From Tetramitus jugosus (Eukaryota > Protista > Heterolobosea): DNA of 64,000 nucleotides. A program made the position numbers and the translations under genes. The notes beneath the pieces were generated by a model. The model was not told the DNA's origin, searched no databases, and saw nothing but the letters and a program-made list of their open reading frames with translations. Of this stretch, positions 11,808-21,800 are shown one piece after another (within the stretch, counting starts at the first letter, position 1; every line of letters begins with the position of its first letter). Location: contig OW569359.1 of NCBI GenBank assembly GCA_937625935.1, positions 124,001 to 188,000 of the forward strand, written 5' to 3'.

Positions 11808-11879
11808 GGCTCAATAGCACAGCGGTAGTGCACCAGTCTTGTAAACTGGGGGTCCCGAGTTCGATTCTCGGTTGAGCCT
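11808..11879 (+). tRNA. tRNA-Thr(TGT)
   Basis: Acceptor stem GGCTCAA/TTGAGCC, D-arm GCAC/GTGC, anticodon arm CCAGT-CT TGT AA-ACTGG, T-arm CCGAG TTCGATT CTCGG, followed by an oligo-T run. Confidence 0.96.
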
Positions 11880-11935
11880 ACTTTTTATTTAGGAAAAAGA
11901 ATAAAAAATTTTGGGTCGAAGGAACAAGTTCGCTT

Positions 11936-14900
11936 TTACGTGTGGACACTAAATTTGAAGGAGCACACCTCGTTGCCAACTGGGTCGACTACTTTTGTTC
12001 TTACTGTTGTCGAACCTAATTTTCCAAAATTGACAGACACCTTTTGTCTTTTCAGTGAGATTGTTCGTTTCTGGTTGTCTCCACCTTCTGCGTCTTCAAT
12101 ACTCACCGAGCTCGATGTTGCATTTCGACTTGACAAAGAACTAATTACTTGTTCGACATGATAGCCTTTGAGCGCACCCAACACGTAGTAATTCAAGTTG
12201 CATGTGAAATATGTTGAGCTGGTACAAAGTTTGATGCTGGGGTTGACCGAGGAATCGGGAGATAAAAAGATTGGAGCCAGTCCATCAACCTGGAGTTCCA
12301 TGACTTCAAACGTAATTGGAGATCGTATCTTTCTACTCACAGCAACAGTAAATGTTGAAGAACTTGTCACAGTAAACACCGAATGCTCATTGATAGTAGA
12401 ATCTTCAACAAACGTGCCGACTAAAGTCTTCAGCTTTCTTCTAAAGTTGAACGTGTTGGTCATGGATATAGATGCCTTGCAGTACCATTGGAGAGCGGTC
12501 AGAATCTCTGTTTTCTTTTCGGATGATATCAACAGATCCATACCAGATGAGACATGAATACAAAAGTAGTTATCACTGAGAGAGCTGACAGAGATACTCT
12601 CTACATCTGCCAGTGCAACACACCCCTTGATATGTTTCAATCCAGGATCAAGATAGCACAAGTTCTTTTCTGTGATGATCAAATATCTGGTCTGTACCTT
12701 AAAGTTTTCGTTCACTTTTTGCACTTCATCAAAGAATTTGATGGCAGAAGGATCTGGCAGCCTCTTGGGATCAAAAGACTTGAATGAAGAAACATAATCA
12801 CCATAGAACTTTCTGTCAATCGAAACTCTTCTTCTAACCTTTGCTCCCTTGTACACGTCAGAATTACTGGATGACATGTCCGATTCATAGAATGTATCTG
12901 GTATGGGGATTGGTACGGGTGTATCTGCAGTCTTCTCTTTCTCCTTCTCCTTCTCTTTCACTCTTTCCCTCTGTAGGAAGTTCTTGTTCATTCTGAACGA
13001 AGCATCATCGCTATTTGGATCGTATGCTAGTCTCCAAATATCATTATCCTGCTTTCGTACCTCAAAGTCACAATCCAAGAGTCGAGGTTCAACTCGCAAT
13101 CTCTTGATGAGTGTTGCAGCTGGTGAAAATATCATCGATGTGGCGACTTGAACATGGAATTCCTTTTCCATGGCTAGTTTTCGCTCTGCAAGAATTGCAA
13201 TAATTTCAGTCTTCTTCATAGAGAAGAATAAGAAATCAAAAAACTCTGCAGAATGCAGACAGAAGAAGTTGTCATCTAATGTACTCACTGACGCACACGT
13301 AAGAGCGACAAGAGGGACACGAACACGCACAGTTGTGTTATTCTGCTTAAACATATACATGGCCACATCAGTAATCAATAGACGTCTCATCGATGCGACT
13401 CCCTTGTCACTAATTACGTATACAACACTACTGAAGAATATTTGCTGATCTCCGTACTTGGTCATGATATTCTCTTTGAGACTGCTGCTCTCGACTGCGG
13501 AATAGTCTTGCGATACTATACTTGTTGCCACATCTTTATGAAGCATGATGGTTCCTCGTCTTCTTACTTTGTGGCCTCCATACAGATCGACAGAGTTCTC
13601 GTTGTTCTTGTCGATACTCTTTTCAGTTGGTTTTTCACTCGACTCTGGAGCTCGGAAAATACATGGTTCATCACTGAACACCTTTTGGAACGATAAGGAC
13701 TCGTCGTTTAAACCAGCAACGAGCATGCCATCTAACTTGCTTAATTGCTGTAGTTGATCTTGCAACCCTTGATCCAAACCTCGCAAATTGCTTTCAGTCA
13801 GTGTATTAAGCATGGAGAAATTCTTCTTATCCTCACGCAATTGTTTCAATTCCTCTTGAACTCTCCTCAGTTCCTCCTCTTTTTGCTCAATATTGTCAGC
13901 CAAAGTATGCAACTTTTTTCGGGAATCAAGACACATGAGCAAACTGTCATTCAACTGCTTTTGGGCAACTCTTCGTTTAGTTTCTACCTGAATACGCTCC
14001 AATGCTTGTTGACTCAAATTTTTGTCACTCAGATTCAATCGTTGCTCGTACTTTGATGTCATTGCCGTAATGGCTTCTGACAGTTCGCGCTTCAAAATCT
14101 CGAATTTCAACATATAATCCTCGTCTGCCTCCTTTGGCTTCAAATGAAGAGAGTACTTTTTGCTGTTGGCAATTGTTTCTAAGGATATGGTGAGCGGATG
14201 ATCGGTCGATTCAACAACTCCCAATTTTGTGTATACCAAGAAAAACAATTCAATGAACTTTGAGTCAGATGACGCTGGGTCACGCTCAATTACCAATGCA
14301 TCATTGAACAAATACACATTGTAAATTTCTTCCAATTCACTGAGAGATGATCTCACACTGGCTCTTGGTGTACCCAACACTGTTGCATCAGCGATTCTCT
14401 TCAGGGATTTCTTCAAATTTTGAGCCACAGAGTTTGACGTTGAATTACCACTGGAACCATTACTGGCAGTACCAGAATTGATTCCGACTCTTCGGCTCTG
14501 CTCCGTAATATGAGACGTCACTTGAACCTCACAAATAAATCGACGATGCGATTGAATAAAACTGTCGAAACCCAACTCTTTTCCCAACAAATTAGAAATT
14601 CGATAATAGACTCCGAGTGCGTTACTGACAGCCTTTGATTGATTGCAGTGTTGTGCAATCTCACAGATTTGTTTGAGAGAAGAGAGAACACACGAGTGAT
14701 CAGGATGACTCTCTTCTGTCACTTCACTAATGCTCTGCAGCAAAAGTTGATATCGCGGAATTCTCTGAACCGGATTAATCAACAGGGAGTGAATCGTAAC
14801 AGATTGCCTCACTTCCAAAGACTTTGGATCCTCTTCACACTCCAACAAATAATTTACAAAGTACTTGTGTTTGGACAAGCGCTCCACGACTTCAATCGCC

Positions 14901-15844
14901 GCATCATAATTGTTAATAAAATCAGTGTACATCTTAAAGTATGGCGCCAACTCCATGAACACTTTTCCAATGCAACAATTTTCCTCGTGTCCCTGGCCGA
15001 CTTGAGCCACTTGCGTTTTCAATCCTTGAAGCAATGCTCGATTCGCACCCAAAATCTGCTCCAAATTTCCAAACAAAACATACCAGTCCTTCTCCGTTAG
15101 TGAACCCAATTGTCTTGCCTTACTGGCATACACATCCCAGAACACACACAACAATTGAACATAGTTTTCCTCAGTTTTGATGACTTCTTTCACAAGCTCT
15201 CTCCTCTTTCTCATCTCCTTGGACACACCATCATCGATTTGTGGTTGTGATTGTGACGATGACGGAGTGTTTGCAGTTGTCGAGGTTGTCGTCGTTGAAG
15301 CTGCTGGAGTCGTCGGAGTAGTGAATGACGGTGTCTTCTTGAGAGGAGTCAGAGCTGCAGGTGATCTCGGACTGGCAGACACACCTACTGATGACGATGG
15401 AGTATTGGGAGTGGCAGGCAGTGGTGAATGTGTGTTCTTGGATGTCGTCAACAATTGTTGTGGTGTTGGTTTGGATGTCGACGATAAGCTCACATTCACC
15501 CTAGGAACTGACGGCAAATTTTTTCGTACGAGTGGGGGCGGTGAATTTGTATTCGTGGCATTGCTGCTGCTGTTGTTGGCGGTCATTGTATTTCCCGATC
15601 TTGGGGAGGACGGGAGGGCTTGGAGGAAATTTGACGGAATTAATCCGGTGGCCCCATCGCTCGGGCGCTGACACTTGGACCAACCAGGTTCGATCTCACT
15701 CTGCAGCACTTCTACGATTGTGTCTTGAGCAGAACTCAATTCATCGGAGCTTGAGCCTTGAAAGGTCGCAACGAGTTTGGCTCTCATACGAACATTGTTA
15801 GTATTGTTTCGAGAGGCAGTCAATGATGATGATGACATTGTCAA
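11936..15844 (-). CDS. RhoGEF: SH3 - DH - PH-like - coiled coil - two myosin-I TH1-like domains
   Basis: SH3 (DELSS..GW...GLIPSNFL); DH (EVIKTEENYV...LLINPVQRIPRYQLLL); two TH1-like blocks (YGGHKVRRR.../YKGAKVRRRVSIDRKFYGDY...SVSSLSDNYFCIH...KKTEI). Confidence 0.85.
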   Translation of the reverse strand: MTMSSSSLTASRNNTNNVRMRAKLVATFQGSSSDELSSAQDTIVEVLQSEIEPGWSKCQRPSDGATGLIPSNFLQALPSSPRSGNTMTANNSSSNATNTNSPPPLVRKNLPSVPRVNVSLSSTSKPTPQQLLTTSKNTHSPLPATPNTPSSSVGVSASPRSPAALTPLKKTPSFTTPTTPAASTTTTSTTANTPSSSQSQPQIDDGVSKEMRKRRELVKEVIKTEENYVQLLCVFWDVYASKARQLGSLTEKDWYVLFGNLEQILGANRALLQGLKTQVAQVGQGHEENCCIGKVFMELAPYFKMYTDFINNYDAAIEVVERLSKHKYFVNYLLECEEDPKSLEVRQSVTIHSLLINPVQRIPRYQLLLQSISEVTEESHPDHSCVLSSLKQICEIAQHCNQSKAVSNALGVYYRISNLLGKELGFDSFIQSHRRFICEVQVTSHITEQSRRVGINSGTASNGSSGNSTSNSVAQNLKKSLKRIADATVLGTPRASVRSSLSELEEIYNVYLFNDALVIERDPASSDSKFIELFFLVYTKLGVVESTDHPLTISLETIANSKKYSLHLKPKEADEDYMLKFEILKRELSEAITAMTSKYEQRLNLSDKNLSQQALERIQVETKRRVAQKQLNDSLLMCLDSRKKLHTLADNIEQKEEELRRVQEELKQLREDKKNFSMLNTLTESNLRGLDQGLQDQLQQLSKLDGMLVAGLNDESLSFQKVFSDEPCIFRAPESSEKPTEKSIDKNNENSVDLYGGHKVRRRGTIMLHKDVATSIVSQDYSAVESSSLKENIMTKYGDQQIFFSSVVYVISDKGVASMRRLLITDVAMYMFKQNNTTVRVRVPLVALTCASVSTLDDNFFCLHSAEFFDFLFFSMKKTEIIAILAERKLAMEKEFHVQVATSMIFSPAATLIKRLRVEPRLLDCDFEVRKQDNDIWRLAYDPNSDDASFRMNKNFLQRERVKEKEKEKEKTADTPVPIPIPDTFYESDMSSSNSDVYKGAKVRRRVSIDRKFYGDYVSSFKSFDPKRLPDPSAIKFFDEVQKVNENFKVQTRYLIITEKNLCYLDPGLKHIKGCVALADVESISVSSLSDNYFCIHVSSGMDLLISSEKKTEILTALQWYCKASISMTNTFNFRRKLKTLVGTFVEDSTINEHSVFTVTSSSTFTVAVSRKIRSPITFEVMELQVDGLAPIFLSPDSSVNPSIKLCTSSTYFTCNLNYYVLGALKGYHVEQVISSLSSRNATSSSVSIEDAEGGDNQKRTISLKRQKVSVNFGKLGSTTVRTKVVDPVGNEVCSFKFSVHT

Positions 15845-16241
15845 TGATTATGATTTGTTGTTGTTGTTGTTGGGTGTTTGTTGTTATTGTTGAAGATGTT
15901 GTGTTATTCGTATTATTGTTGTTGATATATCGGTGTGAAATTCACACAATCTTTGTTGTTTGTCGCGATTGGAAATTGTAGTATTTGTTTTGTGATTGGG
16001 TTTTGTGTCATCAGGGCGTGATGACGATATTTTGTGTTGGTGGTCTCTGCCGCGTTGTCAGACGGATTCTTCCTTGTGGTTTTGTGACATGTGACTTCGC
16101 CATTTTTTCCAAGGCGAATCAAAGGGAAACAACGATCTGATGTTTGACGTTCGACATTGAGACGGACAAATGTGAGAATACTAAATGCAACAAAAGGATG
16201 TCGTTGCGTGTCTCTTTCAACTAGACAAAGGGGATATTAGG

Positions 16242-18440
16242 TTAAGAGCGATTTTTTGGAGTTATTCTTCTCGGTGAGTAGACTCCTTGGGCGTATCTTG
16301 ATACAGTGGCCACAACAGGAGTTCTGGGCATTGGTTGCTTCCTCGCTGCTCTGGCAGCTTGGAGCTTATTCTGGGGTGACGCTTTCGGTTTGACAGGAGA
16401 GGAATGAAGGTTGATACCTTTGGTGGCTGGTGTTGTGGATTCTACAATTTTCTTCCTAACATGAGTTTGAACTTTGACAGGAGATTTGCACTGGTCTCTA
16501 CTCTTCAACATATCTTCCTCGGTTTGTGTTGAAGAGTCTCCTCTTTGTTCAGTTTCTCTTTTCTTCTTTAGCTGCTCATTCTGCTCCTGGGTATGATGAA
16601 GAGTCTCTTTCAATCGAGAATTGACTTCAAGCAACTCAAAACAACTTTGTTGAAGTTCAGTTATTCTTTGGGTCAATGTATCAATCATTCCTAAGTCTGA
16701 GCAATCTCCATCCGTGTTTTCAGGTTTTTGAAAGATGGTTCGGGACGGGTCAACAACTGACTTAACGACTGCTGCTGGGTGATGCTTCTGAAACACTGTC
16801 CTCAGGTTAGCCAAATTTCGATTGTCAGCTGAGAAGATTCCAAATACCATGTCAATCCATTTGTGAAGTTGAGATGTAACCATCGAGTTTTCTAAAGTAG
16901 CTCTCATGAGAAGAGCTAGATCCTCACTACTGGAAGCCCACAAGGGTAATTGGATGTAATCCTTGGTCAAAGCACCTGTGCTAGAAACATCATATAGCTG
17001 AGGAATGCATTCACCACCAATGTTCTTTGATACAGTAAGGCACCTGATTGCTGATAAATCGGGACAGTTTTTCAGAATTAGATAACCCATTAACATCTGT
17101 CGAAAAGTAGGTTTCTGAGGATCAAACGACTCAACCTTTGATGGCATACCGAAATCTCGATACATTATTGGATTGCTGGAATCGAATTCGTGGAGTGTTG
17201 CACTGTCAGACAGTAACCAGGGAAATATGGGATACTGTTCTAGGTCATGAAAGGTTCGACCACTGAAATGATTGATTTGCATTAGGTATTCAAAATTTGA
17301 GATCATTCGATACTGCCAGAGATAACAAAAATGTTGAATTGTGTATGTCTTGGAACTTGTTGATAAATGATCGATAGTTTGCAATGCCTTGTAACAGAAG
17401 GAACAGAATTTCGATTTAGAGAAAGCAAAGAATAGAGATGATCTATGATTCCCAAAAAATAGTTCAAGGGCTCTATCTTTCCCCTTCCACGGTTTTCTCA
17501 TTACTCGTGTGATGTCTTGATACTTTGTAACACTCAATGGGCCATCTCGTATTCCGTCTTTGAATGAATGGAAATAGGTTGCATGATCCGACAAGATAAG
17601 CAAGCCTCTGTCCCTAAAATGAAGGCTCACACGAGTAACGATTGTACTATAGGCAATGGGTATTTTGTGAACATGCATATACTGTAGAATTTGGGACTGA
17701 CAATTCTGTTCGTGAAGAGAAACTAACTTTGATAATTCATAACCTACTTGATTTTCAGATGTTGAACATTGCTTGTATATATCAACAATAGATTTCAGCA
17801 ATATAAGTGGTCTCGTGTCATTGTCGAGCTGGATTGTAAAGTGTGCTTTCCGTACTACTTCGGTACTTTTGGTTGGACTTTGGACTTCATAATACTTTCG
17901 GCAGGATATCACCAAATTGTTGTTCGATGTTCCATTACTGCCAGTAATAACACTGGTCACATCAGTTAAACTAATTCTCGTTAGTGGTAGTGTAGCCCTG
18001 TGATACACAGGGTCATACTCAATAAAAATATTCACTGATGTAATCGAAAGTCGAGAGATACTGTACTGGAGAGTGATGCCACATTTTGCGAAGTAGTCCA
18101 AGAAGTGATATTCTGAGTCATTCAAAAAGGAATGATGAAACATGACATGTTTTTGAAACAGCAAGTTGTTCGCAAGTGGAATTACCGGAGCTTCTCGGAG
18201 ACTGAGGTTCCAATTCTCAGCCTTCTGAACCTCCTTATCAATCTCCTCTACGACAGGAATCTCATCGACTTGGATTTCTTTCTTGACCCTCTCTTCTTCA
18301 CTTGCTGTCACACAGTCAGAATCACCACCGAGAAGACGTGGATCACGTGAAACTCTTTCTGTTGTGGATAGGGTTGCAGACTTGAGCTTGAAACTCTTTG
18401 ATTTCTTATTCTTTGTAACAATTGTTAAAGCTTGCCCCAT
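16242..18440 (-). CDS. PH-BEACH-like protein with truncated BEACH domain and coiled-coil tail, no WD40
   Basis: WQYRMISNFEYLMQINHFSGRTFHDLEQYPIFPWLL, ECIPQLY, LPLWASSSED and LENSMVTSQLHKWIDMVFG are BEACH signatures. Confidence 0.8.
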   Translation of the reverse strand: MGQALTIVTKNKKSKSFKLKSATLSTTERVSRDPRLLGGDSDCVTASEEERVKKEIQVDEIPVVEEIDKEVQKAENWNLSLREAPVIPLANNLLFQKHVMFHHSFLNDSEYHFLDYFAKCGITLQYSISRLSITSVNIFIEYDPVYHRATLPLTRISLTDVTSVITGSNGTSNNNLVISCRKYYEVQSPTKSTEVVRKAHFTIQLDNDTRPLILLKSIVDIYKQCSTSENQVGYELSKLVSLHEQNCQSQILQYMHVHKIPIAYSTIVTRVSLHFRDRGLLILSDHATYFHSFKDGIRDGPLSVTKYQDITRVMRKPWKGKDRALELFFGNHRSSLFFAFSKSKFCSFCYKALQTIDHLSTSSKTYTIQHFCYLWQYRMISNFEYLMQINHFSGRTFHDLEQYPIFPWLLSDSATLHEFDSSNPIMYRDFGMPSKVESFDPQKPTFRQMLMGYLILKNCPDLSAIRCLTVSKNIGGECIPQLYDVSSTGALTKDYIQLPLWASSSEDLALLMRATLENSMVTSQLHKWIDMVFGIFSADNRNLANLRTVFQKHHPAAVVKSVVDPSRTIFQKPENTDGDCSDLGMIDTLTQRITELQQSCFELLEVNSRLKETLHHTQEQNEQLKKKRETEQRGDSSTQTEEDMLKSRDQCKSPVKVQTHVRKKIVESTTPATKGINLHSSPVKPKASPQNKLQAARAARKQPMPRTPVVATVSRYAQGVYSPRRITPKNRS

Positions 18441-18824
18441 TCTCCTCTTCTGAAGCTTTTGAAGACTGATTTCGTTTTTGAAGCGATGCTTGAGATCGAA
18501 TCATATTTGTAGTGCGCAGAAATAGGAATTCGGAGCGTTGAATTTCGAGCTTGAAAGGCAAGTAAGCACTATTATCTGACGGTTGGTTGTGATTGGAAAG
18601 GATTACAGTCATGATACCATAGTTGGGATTGAAATAACAAATGACTGTGCCAGATCTTCGAGACATCTCGTCTCTCCGGGCAATTTACTATGGGATAGTA
18701 AATAGCTATTTTCCTGATATCGATCAAAAAAAACAAAACAATCCCTCCTGTGAGAGATCAGATCACAAAACAACAACAACACACAAACAACTAACCAGAG
18801 AATCATTGAGAGTACACACAAGCA

Positions 18825-21800
18825 ATGCTTCAAGTGCTCATCCATGTGATTCAACAGTGTCATCAACACGTGTTGACTCATCAACCACCACTGTACGTCG
18901 TCCCTACTTCATCAACCACTTCCACAACGCCATCTGTTCCTGTTGTTTCCATCCTATCGCACCTGTTACTCCAAGTGAACTCTCTCTCCAATCGTCCCAA
19001 CCTTTCTCAAAAATTGAAAGCTCATCAATTGTTGACACTGATTCACAACAATGCATCATCGATTATTGACATGATTCTCAAGGAATTGAATTTGCAATTC
19101 ATTTCCTGTATTGTTGGTGTGTCGAGTGTCGATCATGTCTTGTACATGCCCACTCAACAACAACAACATCAACAACAATCATCGGCTCAACAACCATCGT
19201 CGTTCATGTCCTTGAACACGACTGCCGATTTGTTTGATCGGTATAATCGCAAGATGAAGATGGAAGCTGTGAGATCCACATTGTCCATGAGCAGTAGTCA
19301 CACGCAACTCAGTCAGCAAATGACAAACGTGTCAGATTACTTGCTTTTGATGCAACAGTGGGTACAGGTGGGCACCAAGGAGTGTGCTTCCTTGATTGAA
19401 CTGATCACTGAGATTCTAGTGCACTATCGTGGTACTACGCATTTCATTAGCCCAAATTACTATAGGATAGTGACTCGTTTGCTCCAATTTCTGTTCACAG
19501 TATTGAACACGTACAAGTGTGAGGATAAATCAAAGGAATCCATACTTAAGATGCTATTGTTGAGGTGTGAGGATAGCAAAGATCGACTGTACCATGCAGA
19601 AGAGTCTGGCAGTGAAATCATTGTGCTGATACAGTCTCTACTAGAGACAATTGTCATGTCAAAGTACAGATTGCGGTTTTATAAGGTGTTGAAAGTGATA
19701 CATGAACATGAGACATTTGCTAGAAATTCAAGACTGCAAAGCTCTGCTTCTGCTACTACTGCCTCAGATACAACTGAAGAATCAAAGCCCAATTTGTTGA
19801 CTGATCCGTTCAATGATCGAAATTTACAAATTATGCTTGGACCATTATTTCACTATATACGCATGAGAAGGGATCGGTTGAAGCAAATGGTTACTCTGAG
19901 TGGTCATTACGCTCGATGTCCAACTTTCTTGTATCATCTGGATGGATTTCAAGCATCGGCAGTTATGTTGGGCTCTATTCAATCACTCAAATCTTCGGAC
20001 AATGACATACTTTTTGCATTTAGTGCTTCTGAACCAAAGATATCATCAGTTGAGTGGAACACTCGTGTGATGCAACTTGTCTCAATGCTATCTCAGCAAG
20101 CGAACCCCGAAGCCTTTTCATACATGTTGGCACAAAATGCGCACCTCAAAGAGTTGAAAACTGAAGTCTCAAAGGTATTTGCACCCAAATACACAGCGAA
20201 AATGCTGAACGAAGCGATTGTCTATCGAATATTACAAATTCTGAATGAAAAACAATCTGTTCCGCAAGCCGAAGATATGTTTGTGAATGTTTCGCAAGGA
20301 AATATTGGCAAGTGGATTACACTTGCTGACCAAATATATTCACTGATATCACCAGCGAGCGACTTCAGACAAATTGTGGTTGGTGAACCAGAAAACTTGT
20401 ATCAAAGCATCAATGAATCAACCATGAGCATTAGGAAGGCGGTAGAATTGTATGGAGATGATGTTAAAGATCACTTTGTTCTTTGGATCATACTACAAAT
20501 GGTGCCACTATATGGAGAATACTGTAACCCAGCACTCACAGAGGATCTTCTTTGCTTGGTGAGTGAACTCATGCATAAGAAATACACATCATGGAAGCCA
20601 CACGAGTTGGAATTGCTTCACTATCACCATCAGTTTATCATGCAAAGGTTAGCGAACTTGAATCAAATTACGTTTTCTGGCAGATTTATGTCGAGACATG
20701 TTCAACAGTGGAGAATTGAGTCAGAGAAGGCTCTCGATTATTATAATTTAGATGGAGTAGCCCGAAAAAATCTATTCTTACTATCAACCTACTTGTCTCA
20801 ACCCATCTCACAAGAGATACTGAAATTTTTGGAAACAGTTGATCAAACTCGAACTGATGTTGATGATGACAGCCCTTCGTTGGACGTGACTCACGTCCCA
20901 CAAGCTGGATACACAAACTCTGTAGTCAACGCGATATCGAGATACGTGGGAAAGCGGAAACCGTTGGATGTCAATGTATTGTTAGTTTTATCGACTCACT
21001 CACGAAAGAAGTTGTACACTCTGCTTGAGAAATGTATCTTCCGCCAAGATCTAGTCACTGCAGTGCAACCTTCTATTTTAGAAACTTTTGTGCGAATTAC
21101 ATACTGTTCTCCCTCGTTTTATTACCCTGATAGTAAGCTAACGCTCATGCAAAGTATACCCTTGGATCACAGTGGAAGATTCGTGATTATGGAGATGCTG
21201 AACTTTAGGATGATGAGATTTTTCAAGTATACTAACACAGAGAAATTATTTGTGTTGGTGAGTCAATATATGAAGGTGTGGTCAGAAATGAAGAGCAGCG
21301 CAGTGAACAATCATCGATTCTATTTGACGCTAGAGAATTTATTTTTGAAGATTATTTTGTATCTGGTCAATGATTTGCAGAGGTTAAGCGATTTTATAGT
21401 GCTCTTCAGGCCACTTAAAACACATTACACAGAATGTGTTAGACGTATCGTCATCTTTACTATTGCCCGAATCTTAAAACTTCGTGGAATATCTGCTTTT
21501 ACGAGTCATGAATGCACGAATCAACTCATGAAGACATTAACCGAACAATGCTCCGATGTTTTTAACGACATTATTTACTCAGAATCAAGAATGCAGTTCT
21601 TCCCAATGTCCTTGAAGTCATCACTCACGAAAAGAAAATCAGTACAACAAGCGAAAACCCGACCAACTCATCTGAATGAAATTGTAATGTCGATCGTGCA
21701 ACAAACCTATAGTACGACGAACTTGTTCTTAGAAAAATTAATCGCGAATCAAACACAAAAGTTGGAGGACTTAATAGTCGAAAGTCGAAAAAAGTTTTCA

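Noticed and set aside
18641-19069. ATG-initiated ORF overlapping the MED23 start in another frame
   Set aside because: Could be a true first exon or a frameshift, but I found no convincing intron or homology; left unannotated.
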